Positions 19,473-28,506 of a stretch of 64,000 nucleotides of DNA are shown one piece after another. This DNA comes from an uncultured Acidobacteriota bacterium. GTDB taxonomy: Bacteria; Acidobacteriota; Vicinamibacteria; Vicinamibacterales; JAKQTR01. The notes below the pieces were generated by a model. It had not been told where the DNA came from and searched no databases. It saw only the letters and a list, made by a program, of their open reading frames with translations. The stretch covers positions 344,116 to 408,115 of the forward strand of contig CAWEJS010000002.1 in the NCBI GenBank assembly GCA_963809475.1, read 5' to 3'. Numbering within the stretch: position 1 is the stretch's first letter; the number at the start of each line of letters is the position of its first letter. The translations under genes and the position numbers were made by a program.

Positions 19473-21227
19473 GTGGGCTCTCCGGCTCGTCGCGAGGACT
19501 TCCAGCTCGGCGACTGGTTCGTCGAACCGAGCCTGGACCGGATCACCCGGGCACACGAGGTCCGCCACCTCCGCCCGCGGCTCATGGATCTGCTCGTCTA
19601 CATGGCCGGGCACCAGGCCGAGGTGGTCACGAAGGACCAGATCCTCGAGGACGTGTGGCCCCAGCAGTTCGTCTCGGAGTCCGTGCTGAGCCGGTCGATC
19701 GCGGATCTTCGGCAGCTGCTCGACGATGACGCGCGGCACCCGCGAATTATCGAGACGATCTCCAAGCGGGGATACCGCCTCGTGGCAGACGTCGCCGAGC
19801 CGCGCCCAGCTGCGGCCACGACGACCCCCGAGGCAAGCGAGGGACCCTCGGTCGTCGTTTTGCCGTTCCTCGATCTGGCGCCGACTCACGACCACGAGTA
19901 CTTCTGCGACGGGCTGGCCGAGGAACTGACGAACCGGCTCGCACGCCAGCCCGGTCTGTTCGTCGTCGCACGCACCTCGGCCTTCGCGCTCAAAGGGAAG
20001 GCGACTGACGTCCGCGAGATCGGGCGCCAGCTGGGCGTGCGCACCGTCCTGGAGGGGTCGGTCCAGCGCTCCGGCGACCGGGTACGGATCACGGTGCAGC
20101 TCGTCGACGCGTCCAACGGATGCCACATCTGGTCGGGGCGTTTCGACCGGGCATCGGGTGACATATTCGCGATAGAGGACGACATCACCCGGGCGGTGGT
20201 ATCCGAACTGCGGGTGAAGCTGCTGGGCGGGGCGGAAGCCTTGGTTATGCACCGGCAGACCACGAATCCGGCCGCGCACGACCTCTATCTCAGAGGCCGC
20301 CACCGCGCTTCCCGCCGCAGTGTCCAGGATCTCGAGGCGGCCATCCACTCCTACGAACAGGCGCTCGAACTCGACCCCGTGTACGCTGCGGCGCATGCCG
20401 GCATCGCGGACTGCTATTGCTCGATCGGCGTTTCGGGTGCCCGGCGTCCGAGGGACGTCTATCCCCGGGCGAGGGCCGAGGCAGAGCGCGCGCTGGCGAT
20501 TGACCCCGATCTGGCCGAGGCCCACGCGATCCTCGCGCACGTCATGGCGTCGTATGACTGGCGCTGGGGGGACGCCGAGAGGCACTTCCAGCAGGCGCTG
20601 GAACTCAGCCCGGGTTTCGCCTTCGCTCGCGTCTGGTATTCCCACCTGCTCACGGCCTGCGGCCGCTTCGAGGAGGCCATCGCGCAGACGGAGCGCGCCT
20701 GCGAGTGCGATCCGCTGGCACCGGCTGTTCTCACGACACTCGGCATGGTGCTGTACTACGCCCGGCAGTTCGACCGCGCCAGAGAGTGCCAGCTCAGGTT
20801 GCTCGAGATGTACCCGTCCTTTGCTTATGCCCGGTTCTTTCTCGGCCGCCTGTACAGGGCGCAGGGCGACTTCGAAGCCGCCGTGGAACAGTTCCGCCTC
20901 CTGGGTGACGCCTTCCCGGGCGCGCCAGGGTACCTGGCTGGGGCGGAGCGGGCTGCCGGGAGAGAAGACGAGGCGCGCCGCGCAGACGAGGCGCTCGAGC
21001 GGATGTCCCGCGAGCGATATGTCAGTCCGCTCGCCTTCGCGTCCGCCGCCCACCTGCAGGATTACGGAACGCGGATCGGATGGCTCAGCCAGGCCTTCGA
21101 GGAGCGCGAGGGCAGCGTCCCGCTGCTCGCCACCGATCCCCTGGTGGACGACCTTCGCCATGAACCGGCGTTCCAGTCCCTAATCGATGGCCTCGGCCTG
21201 CCGCGTCGGGCACCGAGCCCCGAGTGA
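19473..21227 (+). CDS. Winged-helix regulator + TolB-N-like + TPR (paralogue of 16691..18493)
   Basis: FQLGDWFVEPSLDRITRAHEVRHLRPRLMDLLVYMAGHQAEVVTKDQILEDVWP...GYRLV; then SVVVLPFLDLAP...EYFCDGLAEELTNRLAR...LVDASNGCHIWSGRF; TPR repeats. This is the only in-frame start upstream of the wHTH. Confidence 0.8.
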   Translation: MGSPARREDFQLGDWFVEPSLDRITRAHEVRHLRPRLMDLLVYMAGHQAEVVTKDQILEDVWPQQFVSESVLSRSIADLRQLLDDDARHPRIIETISKRGYRLVADVAEPRPAAATTTPEASEGPSVVVLPFLDLAPTHDHEYFCDGLAEELTNRLARQPGLFVVARTSAFALKGKATDVREIGRQLGVRTVLEGSVQRSGDRVRITVQLVDASNGCHIWSGRFDRASGDIFAIEDDITRAVVSELRVKLLGGAEALVMHRQTTNPAAHDLYLRGRHRASRRSVQDLEAAIHSYEQALELDPVYAAAHAGIADCYCSIGVSGARRPRDVYPRARAEAERALAIDPDLAEAHAILAHVMASYDWRWGDAERHFQQALELSPGFAFARVWYSHLLTACGRFEEAIAQTERACECDPLAPAVLTTLGMVLYYARQFDRARECQLRLLEMYPSFAYARFFLGRLYRAQGDFEAAVEQFRLLGDAFPGAPGYLAGAERAAGREDEARRADEALERMSRERYVSPLAFASAAHLQDYGTRIGWLSQAFEEREGSVPLLATDPLVDDLRHEPAFQSLIDGLGLPRRAPSPE

Positions 21228-21303
21228 ACACAGCGGTGGCATCAGCCACGCCTGGGCGGCTGTCGAAGCCCCGCCGGCGTAGAATCCCGCAGGAGACCCA
21301 CGC

Positions 21304-22524
21304 ATGACACCGATGCTTCAGACCGTCGCCGCCGCGTTTGCCACGTTGATCGCGGCCGCAGTCCCCGTCAGCACCGGCGCACCGTCCGCGCCGCCGCAGG
21401 CGCCCGCCGCTCAAGCGCCCGTGCGCATGGCGCTCATCGGGGCCTGGCACGTCCACACGGGCGGCTTCCTCAACCGCATCAGCCAGATGAACGCCGGCCA
21501 GGTCGAGTGGGTGGCCGTGTGGGACCGGGATGCCGTGCGCGGCAAGCAGTTCGCCGACAGGCTCGGCGTTCCGTACGAACCCGAGTATCAGCGGATCCTG
21601 GACAACCCCGACATCGACGCCGTGATGATCGAGGCCGAGACCAGCCTGCACGCGGACCTCATCATCCGAGCGGCCCGCGCGAGGAAGCACGTCTTCACGG
21701 ACAAGATCCTGACACCCGGAGTCGAAGACGCCCTGCGGATCAAGGACGCCGTCGAGCGCAGCGGCGTCAAGTTCGTGATCTCTCACGAATCCATGCCCGT
21801 CGGCTCGTACCAGTACGCCCGGAAGCTGGTGCTGAACGGCAGCCTCGGCGAGATCGTGTCCGTTCACTTCCGTCGCGCTCACGGCATGGCGAAGGGGAAC
21901 GGCCTGCCGGCGAGTTGGTGGGACCCCGCGGTGGCGGGCGGCGGCGCGCTCATCGACCTCGGCGTGCACGGCATGGGGTTGCTTACCTACCTGGCCGGTG
22001 TACCTGTCCGCGCGTCCGCCAGCATGAGGCACCGGACGAAGCGAGCGGTCGAAGACACCGCCACGATCATGGTGGACTTCCAGAACGGCGCCATAGGCAC
22101 CGCGCACACGGACATGGTCACGAACATCCAGGAGAACCTGCTGGAGGTCGTCGGCACAGACGGCTGCCTGGTCGTGGTCGGAACCGAGGGCAGGGAAACC
22201 GTCTACCTGAACTCCCGTCACATCCCCGAGCGTGTGAAGGGCATGACCGTCGTCACGCCATCGGAGTACGCCTCCGACGGCAAGTACCCCATCAACAAGT
22301 TCATCGACTTCGTCCGCGACCGATCCAATACGGCGCGGTACCTAGACGGAACCGGCCTCGACATGGAAACCGCGCTCAGGATCGTCGCCATCTCGGAGGC
22401 CGCCTACGAGTCGGCGAGGAACGGTGGCCGGCCCCAGGCCGTGCGACTCGGCGATCCCACTGGAAGCAACGACCGCGGGGCGTCGACAGATGCTGCGCGG
22501 AACCCTGGAGGATTCTCCCGATGA
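21304..22524 (+). CDS. Gfo/Idh/MocA-family NAD(P)-dependent oxidoreductase with a hydrophobic, Pro/Ala-rich N-terminal extension (possible export signal)
   Basis: N-terminus MTPMLQTVAAAFATLIAAAVPVSTGAPSAPPQAPAAQAP, then RMALIGAWHVH...AVMIEAETSLHADLIIRAARARKHVFTDKIL (Rossmann part) and a C-terminal alpha/beta domain. AGGAG SD upstream, with TAGAAT -10-like box further upstream. The stop overlaps the next ATG (ATGA at 22521-22524). Confidence 0.8.
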   Translation: MTPMLQTVAAAFATLIAAAVPVSTGAPSAPPQAPAAQAPVRMALIGAWHVHTGGFLNRISQMNAGQVEWVAVWDRDAVRGKQFADRLGVPYEPEYQRILDNPDIDAVMIEAETSLHADLIIRAARARKHVFTDKILTPGVEDALRIKDAVERSGVKFVISHESMPVGSYQYARKLVLNGSLGEIVSVHFRRAHGMAKGNGLPASWWDPAVAGGGALIDLGVHGMGLLTYLAGVPVRASASMRHRTKRAVEDTATIMVDFQNGAIGTAHTDMVTNIQENLLEVVGTDGCLVVVGTEGRETVYLNSRHIPERVKGMTVVTPSEYASDGKYPINKFIDFVRDRSNTARYLDGTGLDMETALRIVAISEAAYESARNGGRPQAVRLGDPTGSNDRGASTDAARNPGGFSR

Positions 22525-24672
22525 GCAGGAAAGTGCTGTGGCTGTCCGCACTGATGTGTGCGTTCGCGGCGGGCGCAACCGCTGCGCCACCCGAGGGCTT
22601 TCTGCGTGCCGACGGCACGCGCATCGTCGACGGCCAGGGGCGCGAGGTGCTGCTGCGCGGCATGGGCCTCGGCGGCTGGATGCTCCAGGAAGGCTACATG
22701 CTGGGCGTCAAGAAAGACGGCACGCAGCACTCGATCAAGGCGCGGATCGCGGATCTCGTCGGCAAAGCGGACACGGAGGAGTTCTACCGCCTCTGGCGGC
22801 AGAACCACATGACCCGGGCCGATGTCGATCGCCTGGCCGCCTCCGGCTTCAACAGCATCCGCCTGCCCATGCACTACAACCTCTTCACGCTGCCAATCGA
22901 AGAGGAGCCGGTCAAGGGCAGGGACACGTGGCTTGGGACCGGGTTCGAGCTGACCGACAACCTGCTCGCCTGGTGCCGGGCGAACCGCATGTACCTGATC
23001 CTCGACCTCCACGCGGCGCCCGGAGGCCAGGGCAAGGACTCGAACATCTCCGATTACGATCCGGCCAGGCCGTCGCTCTGGGAGAGCGAGGAGAACAGGC
23101 GCAAGACGGTCGCGTTGTGGCGGAAGCTGGCGGAGCGCTACGCGAACGACCCATGGCTCGGCGGCTATGACATCCTCAACGAGCCGAACTGGACCTTCGA
23201 GGGGAAGGACAAGAACGGCCGCGAGGACGCGTCCAACCAGCCGATTTGGGACCTCTACAAGGCGATCACCCGGGCGATCCGCGAGGTCGACACGAAACAT
23301 CTGGTCATCGTCGAGGGCAACGGTTGGGGCAACAACTACAGCGGGTTTCCGGTCCCCTGGGACGGCAACCTCGCGATGAGCTTCCACAAGTACTGGAACC
23401 CGAACACCGAGCAGGAGATCGCGCGATTCCTGGCCCTGCGCGAGAAGTACCACCTGCCGATCTGGCTGGGAGAGAGCGGCGAGAACACCAACGAGTGGTT
23501 CCGGGATTGCGTCGCCCTCGTCGAGCGGCACGGGATCGGCTGGGCCTGGTGGCCCTACAAGAAGCTCAGCAACCCGAGGTGCATCCAGACGGTCACGCCG
23601 CCCGACGACTTCAAGAAGGTCGTCGACTACTGGAACGGCGAGGGCGAACGTCCGTCGCGCGAGGCAGCACGGCGCGGGCTCTTCGAGCTCGTCGAGAACC
23701 TGACGACGGCCAACTGCCGCTTCAACGCCGACGTGGCTCAGGCGCTGATTCCGGCCGGGAACGCGGGCGCCGCCGTCACGCAGGCTCCAGTGACACCGGC
23801 CGGCCTGCTGACAGAGGACAAGTTCCTGGGCATCGCCACCTACCGGCTGTGGGAAGGCGGCGCTCCGGGCGCGCTGGGAAGGGCGGACGCGGACGTCCCG
23901 ACCGTCACCATCTTCCGCCCTCAGCCCAGGACTGGGAACGGCACGGCGATAATCCTCGCCCCTGGCGGCGCGTATCTCGGGCTGGCCGCCAACCTCGAAG
24001 GCCGACAGGTCGCCGACTACTTCACGGCCCGAGGCGTGACGGCGTTCGTCCTCAAATACCGGCTCGGGAAGGACTACCTGTACCCGACTCCCCTGCTCGA
24101 CGCGCAACGCGCGATCCGCCTCGTGCGGTCGCGCGCCCAGGAGTTCGGCATTGCTCCCGATCGCATCGGGATGATGGGATTCTCGGCCGGCGGCCACCTC
24201 ACGGCGACGGCGGGAACGATGTTCGACGGCGGGAAGGCCGACGCGTCCGATCCGGTCGAGCGCGTCAGCAGCCGGCCGGACTTCATCGTTCTCGGCTATC
24301 CGTGGCTCAACGCCATGAAGAAGGATCAGAAGGGCCTCATCTCGTATTGCTCCGTGCTGAAGATCGAGCCGGAGAAGTGCGCGTCCTACGAGCAGGTACT
24401 CTCCGGACCTTCACGTCGGCGCGCAGACGCCGCCAGCGTTCATCTATCACACGACCGACGACGAAACCGTTCCGGTCGAAGCGAGCGTGGGCTTTTACCG
24501 CGTGCTGGCCGCGGCGGGGGTCCCGGTCGAGATGCATCTGTTCGCCAAGGGGAGGCACGGCAGCGGCCTCGGCCTGGGAGATGCGGCCCTCGACAACTGG
24601 CCGGTACTCCTCGAAGCCTGGCTGCGCGGGCGAGGCTTGCTCGCGCCGGCTCCGGCAGCCGCGGGCAGGTGA
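22521..24672 (+). pseudogene. Secreted GH5 (cellulase/mannanase-type) fused to an alpha/beta-hydrolase esterase; reading frame broken by a 1-nt indel near 24396 (pseudogene or sequence error)
   Basis: Signal peptide MSRKVLWLSALMCAFAAGATA. GH5 motifs DILNEPNW and IWLGESGEN. Esterase motifs ILAPGGAY and MMGFSAGGH. After ...EKCASYEQ the esterase continues in the +1 frame as YSPDLHVGAQTPPAFIYHTTDDETVPVEASVGFYRVLAAAGVPVEMHLFAKGRHGSGLG, ending at 24672. Frame 0 becomes Arg-rich nonsense running to 24731. Confidence 0.7.
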
Positions 24673-24675
24673 GGC

Positions 24676-25329
24676 GTGGATCGAGGCGAGGCGGCCCGGC
24701 GCGTCTTTGCATTCCTCGATCTTCTGGATGATGCGCCGCCGGAGGCCGACCTTATCATCGGATTCGGCCACTTCGATCCGCGAATTCCGCGCCGGTGCTG
24801 CGACCTGTTCTACGCCGGCCTCGCGTCGCGCATTCTCTTCACGGGAGGCCGGGGTGCAGGCTCGGCGGACGTGCTCGGCAGCGAGGCCGAGTACTTCCGA
24901 GAGGAGGCGCGTCGATACGCACCCTCGATTCCCGACTCCGCCCTCGTGTTGGAAGCTACGTCGACCAACACGTCGGAGAACGTGCTGAACAGCATCCAGG
25001 TGCTGAAGGCCGCTGAGCCGCCGCTGCGTGTCGGAGGGTCGTTGAGAAGCGCGATTCTGGTGGCGACCCCATACCGGCAACGCCGGGTGTGGTTGACCTG
25101 CAGGAAGCTGATGCCAGGAGTGGAAGTGGCCAACCTGCCGCCGGTCGGCACGTACGAAGGCGATGCCGCCCTATTCGATGGCCAAGGTCAGGACCTGGAG
25201 GGTCTGATGCCCGGCGAAGTGGAGCGGATCGTCAAATACGCAGAACTGGGATACGTCGAGCGCGCGACAGTCCCGGCCGATGTGGCCGAGGCGTGCCGTG
25301 TCCTTCGACATTTTCGGGGGCCCGAGTAG
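24676..25329 (+). CDS. DUF218 / YdcF-ElyC-SanA family protein
   Basis: GTG 24676 lies 4 nt after the corrected esterase stop, with AGGTGAGG upstream. Motifs DLIIGFGHFD...ILFTGGRG...EATSTNTSENV...VATPYRQRRV are typical of DUF218. Confidence 0.75.
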   Translation: MDRGEAARRVFAFLDLLDDAPPEADLIIGFGHFDPRIPRRCCDLFYAGLASRILFTGGRGAGSADVLGSEAEYFREEARRYAPSIPDSALVLEATSTNTSENVLNSIQVLKAAEPPLRVGGSLRSAILVATPYRQRRVWLTCRKLMPGVEVANLPPVGTYEGDAALFDGQGQDLEGLMPGEVERIVKYAELGYVERATVPADVAEACRVLRHFRGPE

Positions 25330-25349
25330 TCCCACCCGCCGCGGCCGGG

Positions 25350-25375
25350 GGACCCCTGTATCGGGGTTCCAATTT
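25350..25375 (+). terminator. Candidate intrinsic terminator after the DUF218 gene
   Basis: Stem GGACCCC / GGGG(T)TCC with a 6-nt loop tgtatc at 25350-25370, followed by AATTT. Confidence 0.35.
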
Positions 25376-25404
25376 CCGGCGTAGCACCCCCGGCCGAAAC
25401 GTGC

Positions 25405-25425
25405 TAGGATACTTTACCGTTAAAG
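25405..25425 (+). promoter_or_regulatory. Candidate -10 box and LacI-type operator upstream of the LacI-GH97-TonB receptor genes
   Basis: TAGGAT at 25405-25410 is immediately followed by the 14-bp near-palindrome CTTTACCGTTAAAG (25412-25425; 6 of 7 pairs, central CG). It sits in the most AT-rich patch of this intergenic region. Confidence 0.3.
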
Positions 25426-25446
25426 CCAAGCCACTATTACGGTGAA

Positions 25447-26523
25447 GTGATGCGCACCCGCGCAGCCCGTCCGAGGCCCCGCACGGCGTCCACGACGATG
25501 AGACGAATCGCCGAGGATCTCGGCGTCTCCGTGACCACCGTGTCCAAGGTCCTCAACGACAGGGCCGACATCGGGTCCGCGACCCGCGCCCGCGTGCTCG
25601 CCCGGGTCGCCAAACTCGGCTACCTGCCCAACGCCGTCGCGCGCAGCCTGACCCTCCGCCGCACCCGCACCCTGGGCATCGTCATCCCCGACCTGATGCA
25701 CTCGTTCTTCGTCGAGATCATCGCCGGGCTCGAAAGCGTCGTCAACGCGCGGGGCTACGGCCTGCTCCTCTGCAACTCCGAGGAGGACCCCCGGAAGGAG
25801 CGCTCCGAGCTGCAGTTGCTGGGGCAGCGGCAGGTCGACGGCGTGGTCCTCGCGTCCTCGAGCGTGTCTGCCAATACGGACCTGCTTCGCCGGCTGACAG
25901 CAGGCGGCGTCTGCCTCGTCATGATCGATCGCGACGACTACCCCAGCATCCACTGCGACCGCGTGGTCACCGACGACGAAGAGGTCGGACGCCTGGCGAC
26001 GGCTCATCTCATCGCTCAGGGCCGTCGCGCCATCGCGCATATCGCCGGCCCTCCGCTCGTGCACGCGAGACGCCGCGCCGCAGGATACCGGCGGGCGCTC
26101 GCCGACTCGGGCCTGCCCGTCCGGAAGGACTGGGTCGTCCGTGGCGGCTTCAGGGAAGCCGACGGCTACCGGGCCATGACGCGACTCCTCGACTCCCCGA
26201 AGCGGCCCGATGCGGTCTTCGCCGTCAACGACCCCGCTGCGATCGGCGCGCTCAAGGCCATCGGAGACGCCGGCCTTCGCGTGCCCGAGGATGTGGCGAT
26301 CGCGGGCGCGGGCGACATCGCGCACGGGGACTTGCTGTGCGTTCCGCTGACGACCATCACCTGGTCTCGGCGTGATCTTGGCAGACGGGCGGCCGAGCTG
26401 CTGCTCGAGCGGCTCGATGCGGATGTGGCAAACGTCCACCAGCGGGTCGTCATCCCGCCGCGGCTCGTTGTGCGGGCCTCGAGCGGGGCGCGCCATGAAA
26501 CGGGGGTTCCCGTGTCGACGTAG
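25447..26523 (+). CDS. LacI-family transcriptional regulator
   Basis: HTH segment MRRIAEDLGVSVTTVSKVLNDRADIGSATRARVLARVAKLGYLPNAVARSLTLRRTRTLGIVIPD, followed by a periplasmic-binding-protein-like sugar-binding core. Confidence 0.9.
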   Translation: MMRTRAARPRPRTASTTMRRIAEDLGVSVTTVSKVLNDRADIGSATRARVLARVAKLGYLPNAVARSLTLRRTRTLGIVIPDLMHSFFVEIIAGLESVVNARGYGLLLCNSEEDPRKERSELQLLGQRQVDGVVLASSSVSANTDLLRRLTAGGVCLVMIDRDDYPSIHCDRVVTDDEEVGRLATAHLIAQGRRAIAHIAGPPLVHARRRAAGYRRALADSGLPVRKDWVVRGGFREADGYRAMTRLLDSPKRPDAVFAVNDPAAIGALKAIGDAGLRVPEDVAIAGAGDIAHGDLLCVPLTTITWSRRDLGRRAAELLLERLDADVANVHQRVVIPPRLVVRASSGARHETGVPVST

Positions 26524-26545
26524 AACCCGGTCGCGGGGAGGTGGC

Positions 26546-28477
26546 ATGCGATCGATCGTCGCGGCGTTCACGCTCCTGCTTGCCCTGTCGAGCTGGCCGC
26601 CCGGCTCCTCCAGAGCCCCCGCGGAGGTGCGGAGTCCTGACGGACGTCTCCGCGTCGCCATCACCACGACCTCGGCGCCCTCGGCGCTGCCAGGCGCACG
26701 GGAGGCGAACCACTCAAGCCATCTGACCTTCAGCCTTGTCGCCGGCGGTCGCCCCGTGCTGCTGGCCTCTGACGCCGGCATCGTTCTCGATGGCGTTGAC
26801 GTGGGCCGCGACGCGGCGCTCGTCCGGGTCGAGCAACGCCGCTGCGACCAGGGCGCGTCCCCCACCGGCCTTCTGGGGTCGTCGGCCCCCTGCAATCTCG
26901 CCCGCCTTTCCCTGACGCAGCCGCGTGCCTCGATTGACTACACGATGGAGGTCCGGGTCTTCGACGCAGGGGTCGCGTTCCGGTACGAGGTGCCGGGCAC
27001 GGAACCCCGTACGCCGGACGAAGCGACGACCTTCCGGATCCCTCCGCGGAGCACCGTCTGGTATCACGGCCTGGAGGGACACTACGAAGGCGTCCACGTC
27101 CGCAAGGCCATCGAGGAGGTTCCGCAGGGGGATTGGGCCGCGCCGCCGTTGACGTTCAGGCTGCCGGAGAACGCCGGCTATGCGGCGATCACCGAGGCGA
27201 ACCTCACCGCCTACGCCGGCATGGCGCTTCAGGCAGATGGTCACGGGAGCTTCGCGGCGCGCCTTGGACACGCCCACCCGGTGGGCCGGCCATACGCGCT
27301 TCGATTCCCGCCCGAGGAGGCGACGCGGCTGGCCATCCCCGCATCGATTGACCCGCCGATCGTCACGCCCTGGCGCGTGGTGATGGTCGGGCGCGACCTG
27401 AACGCGCTGGTCAACGCGCAGCATCTCGTCACCGACGTGTCCCCGCCGCCCGACCCGCGGGTCTTCCCCGCCGGGGCCGGCACCGCCTGGATCAAGCCCG
27501 GCCGCGCCGTCTGGCGGTACCTCGACGGGGGCGAGAACACGGTCGACGGACTGAAGCAGTTCTCGGATCTCGCAGCGAAGCTCGGGTTCGAGTACCAGGT
27601 GGTGGAGGGCGTGTGGCAGAAGTGGAGCCCTGACGAGCTGCGGGGGTTCGTCGAGTACTCGCGCAGCCGCGGCGTCGGCATCTGGCTGTGGAAGGACAGC
27701 CGGGCGATTCGCGACGTGGAGGCGCGGCGGCAGTTCTTCGACTTGTGCCAGGCGCTCGGCGTCGTCGGAGCCAAGATCGATTTCCTGGATCACGAGGCGA
27801 AGGAGGTCATTGACGACTACCGCACCATCCTGCGCGACGCGGCCAGCCACCACGTCATGGTCGCCTTCCACGGCGCCAACAAGCCCACGGGTGAATCCAA
27901 GACCTGGCCGAACGAGCTGACGCGCGAGGGCGTCTTCGGTCTCGAACACCGGAGCCAGCTGGCGTGGGCGACTCACAACACGACGCTGCCGTTCACGCGC
28001 TACCTGGCGGGCCCGGGGGACTACACGCCGGTCGTCTTCGGCGAGCGCCGGCGCGAGACGTCATGGGCGCATCAGATCGCCACCGCGGCGGTCTTCACGT
28101 CTCCACTGCTGGTGTACGGCGGACATCCGCAGAGCCTGCTCGACAACCCCGCGGTCGAGATGATTCGGAGCATTCCCAGCGTCTGGGACGAAACCACCGT
28201 GCTGCCGCCGAGCGAGATCGGCGAAGTGGCCGTGCTGGCTCGGCGGAGAGGCGACATCTGGTTTCTCGCGGTTCTCAACGGACCCCAGGCGCGCACCGTG
28301 CGCCTCACACTCTCATTCCTCAGACCAGGGCGATACGACACGCTCACGGTGCGTGACGTCCAGGACGATCCGGCCGCCGTCGCGGTGGAGCACGGGACGG
28401 CTTCGCGAACGGAGATCGTCACGATTGCACTGCGGCCGGGCGGCGGTTTCATCGGGCGGTTTGCGACCCCACGGTAG
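26546..28477 (+). CDS. GH97 glycoside hydrolase (alpha-glucosidase/alpha-galactosidase family), secreted
   Basis: ATG 26546 follows GGGGAGGTGG. Signal peptide MRSIVAAFTLLLALSSWPPGSS. Diagnostic block GAKIDFLDHEAKEVIDDYRTILRDAASHHVMVAFHGANKPTGESKTWPNELTREGVFGLEH. Confidence 0.85.
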   Translation: MRSIVAAFTLLLALSSWPPGSSRAPAEVRSPDGRLRVAITTTSAPSALPGAREANHSSHLTFSLVAGGRPVLLASDAGIVLDGVDVGRDAALVRVEQRRCDQGASPTGLLGSSAPCNLARLSLTQPRASIDYTMEVRVFDAGVAFRYEVPGTEPRTPDEATTFRIPPRSTVWYHGLEGHYEGVHVRKAIEEVPQGDWAAPPLTFRLPENAGYAAITEANLTAYAGMALQADGHGSFAARLGHAHPVGRPYALRFPPEEATRLAIPASIDPPIVTPWRVVMVGRDLNALVNAQHLVTDVSPPPDPRVFPAGAGTAWIKPGRAVWRYLDGGENTVDGLKQFSDLAAKLGFEYQVVEGVWQKWSPDELRGFVEYSRSRGVGIWLWKDSRAIRDVEARRQFFDLCQALGVVGAKIDFLDHEAKEVIDDYRTILRDAASHHVMVAFHGANKPTGESKTWPNELTREGVFGLEHRSQLAWATHNTTLPFTRYLAGPGDYTPVVFGERRRETSWAHQIATAAVFTSPLLVYGGHPQSLLDNPAVEMIRSIPSVWDETTVLPPSEIGEVAVLARRRGDIWFLAVLNGPQARTVRLTLSFLRPGRYDTLTVRDVQDDPAAVAVEHGTASRTEIVTIALRPGGGFIGRFATPR

Positions 28478-28506
28478 CGTCGTTTTTGTCAGGAGGAGGG
28501 AATCGT

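Noticed and set aside
21507-22520. N-terminal part of the 1074-aa ORF 21507..24731
   Set aside because: It is out-of-frame overlap with the Gfo/Idh/MocA gene and has Arg/Pro/Gly-rich composition. The real GH5 gene starts at ATG 22521, which has an SD and a signal peptide.
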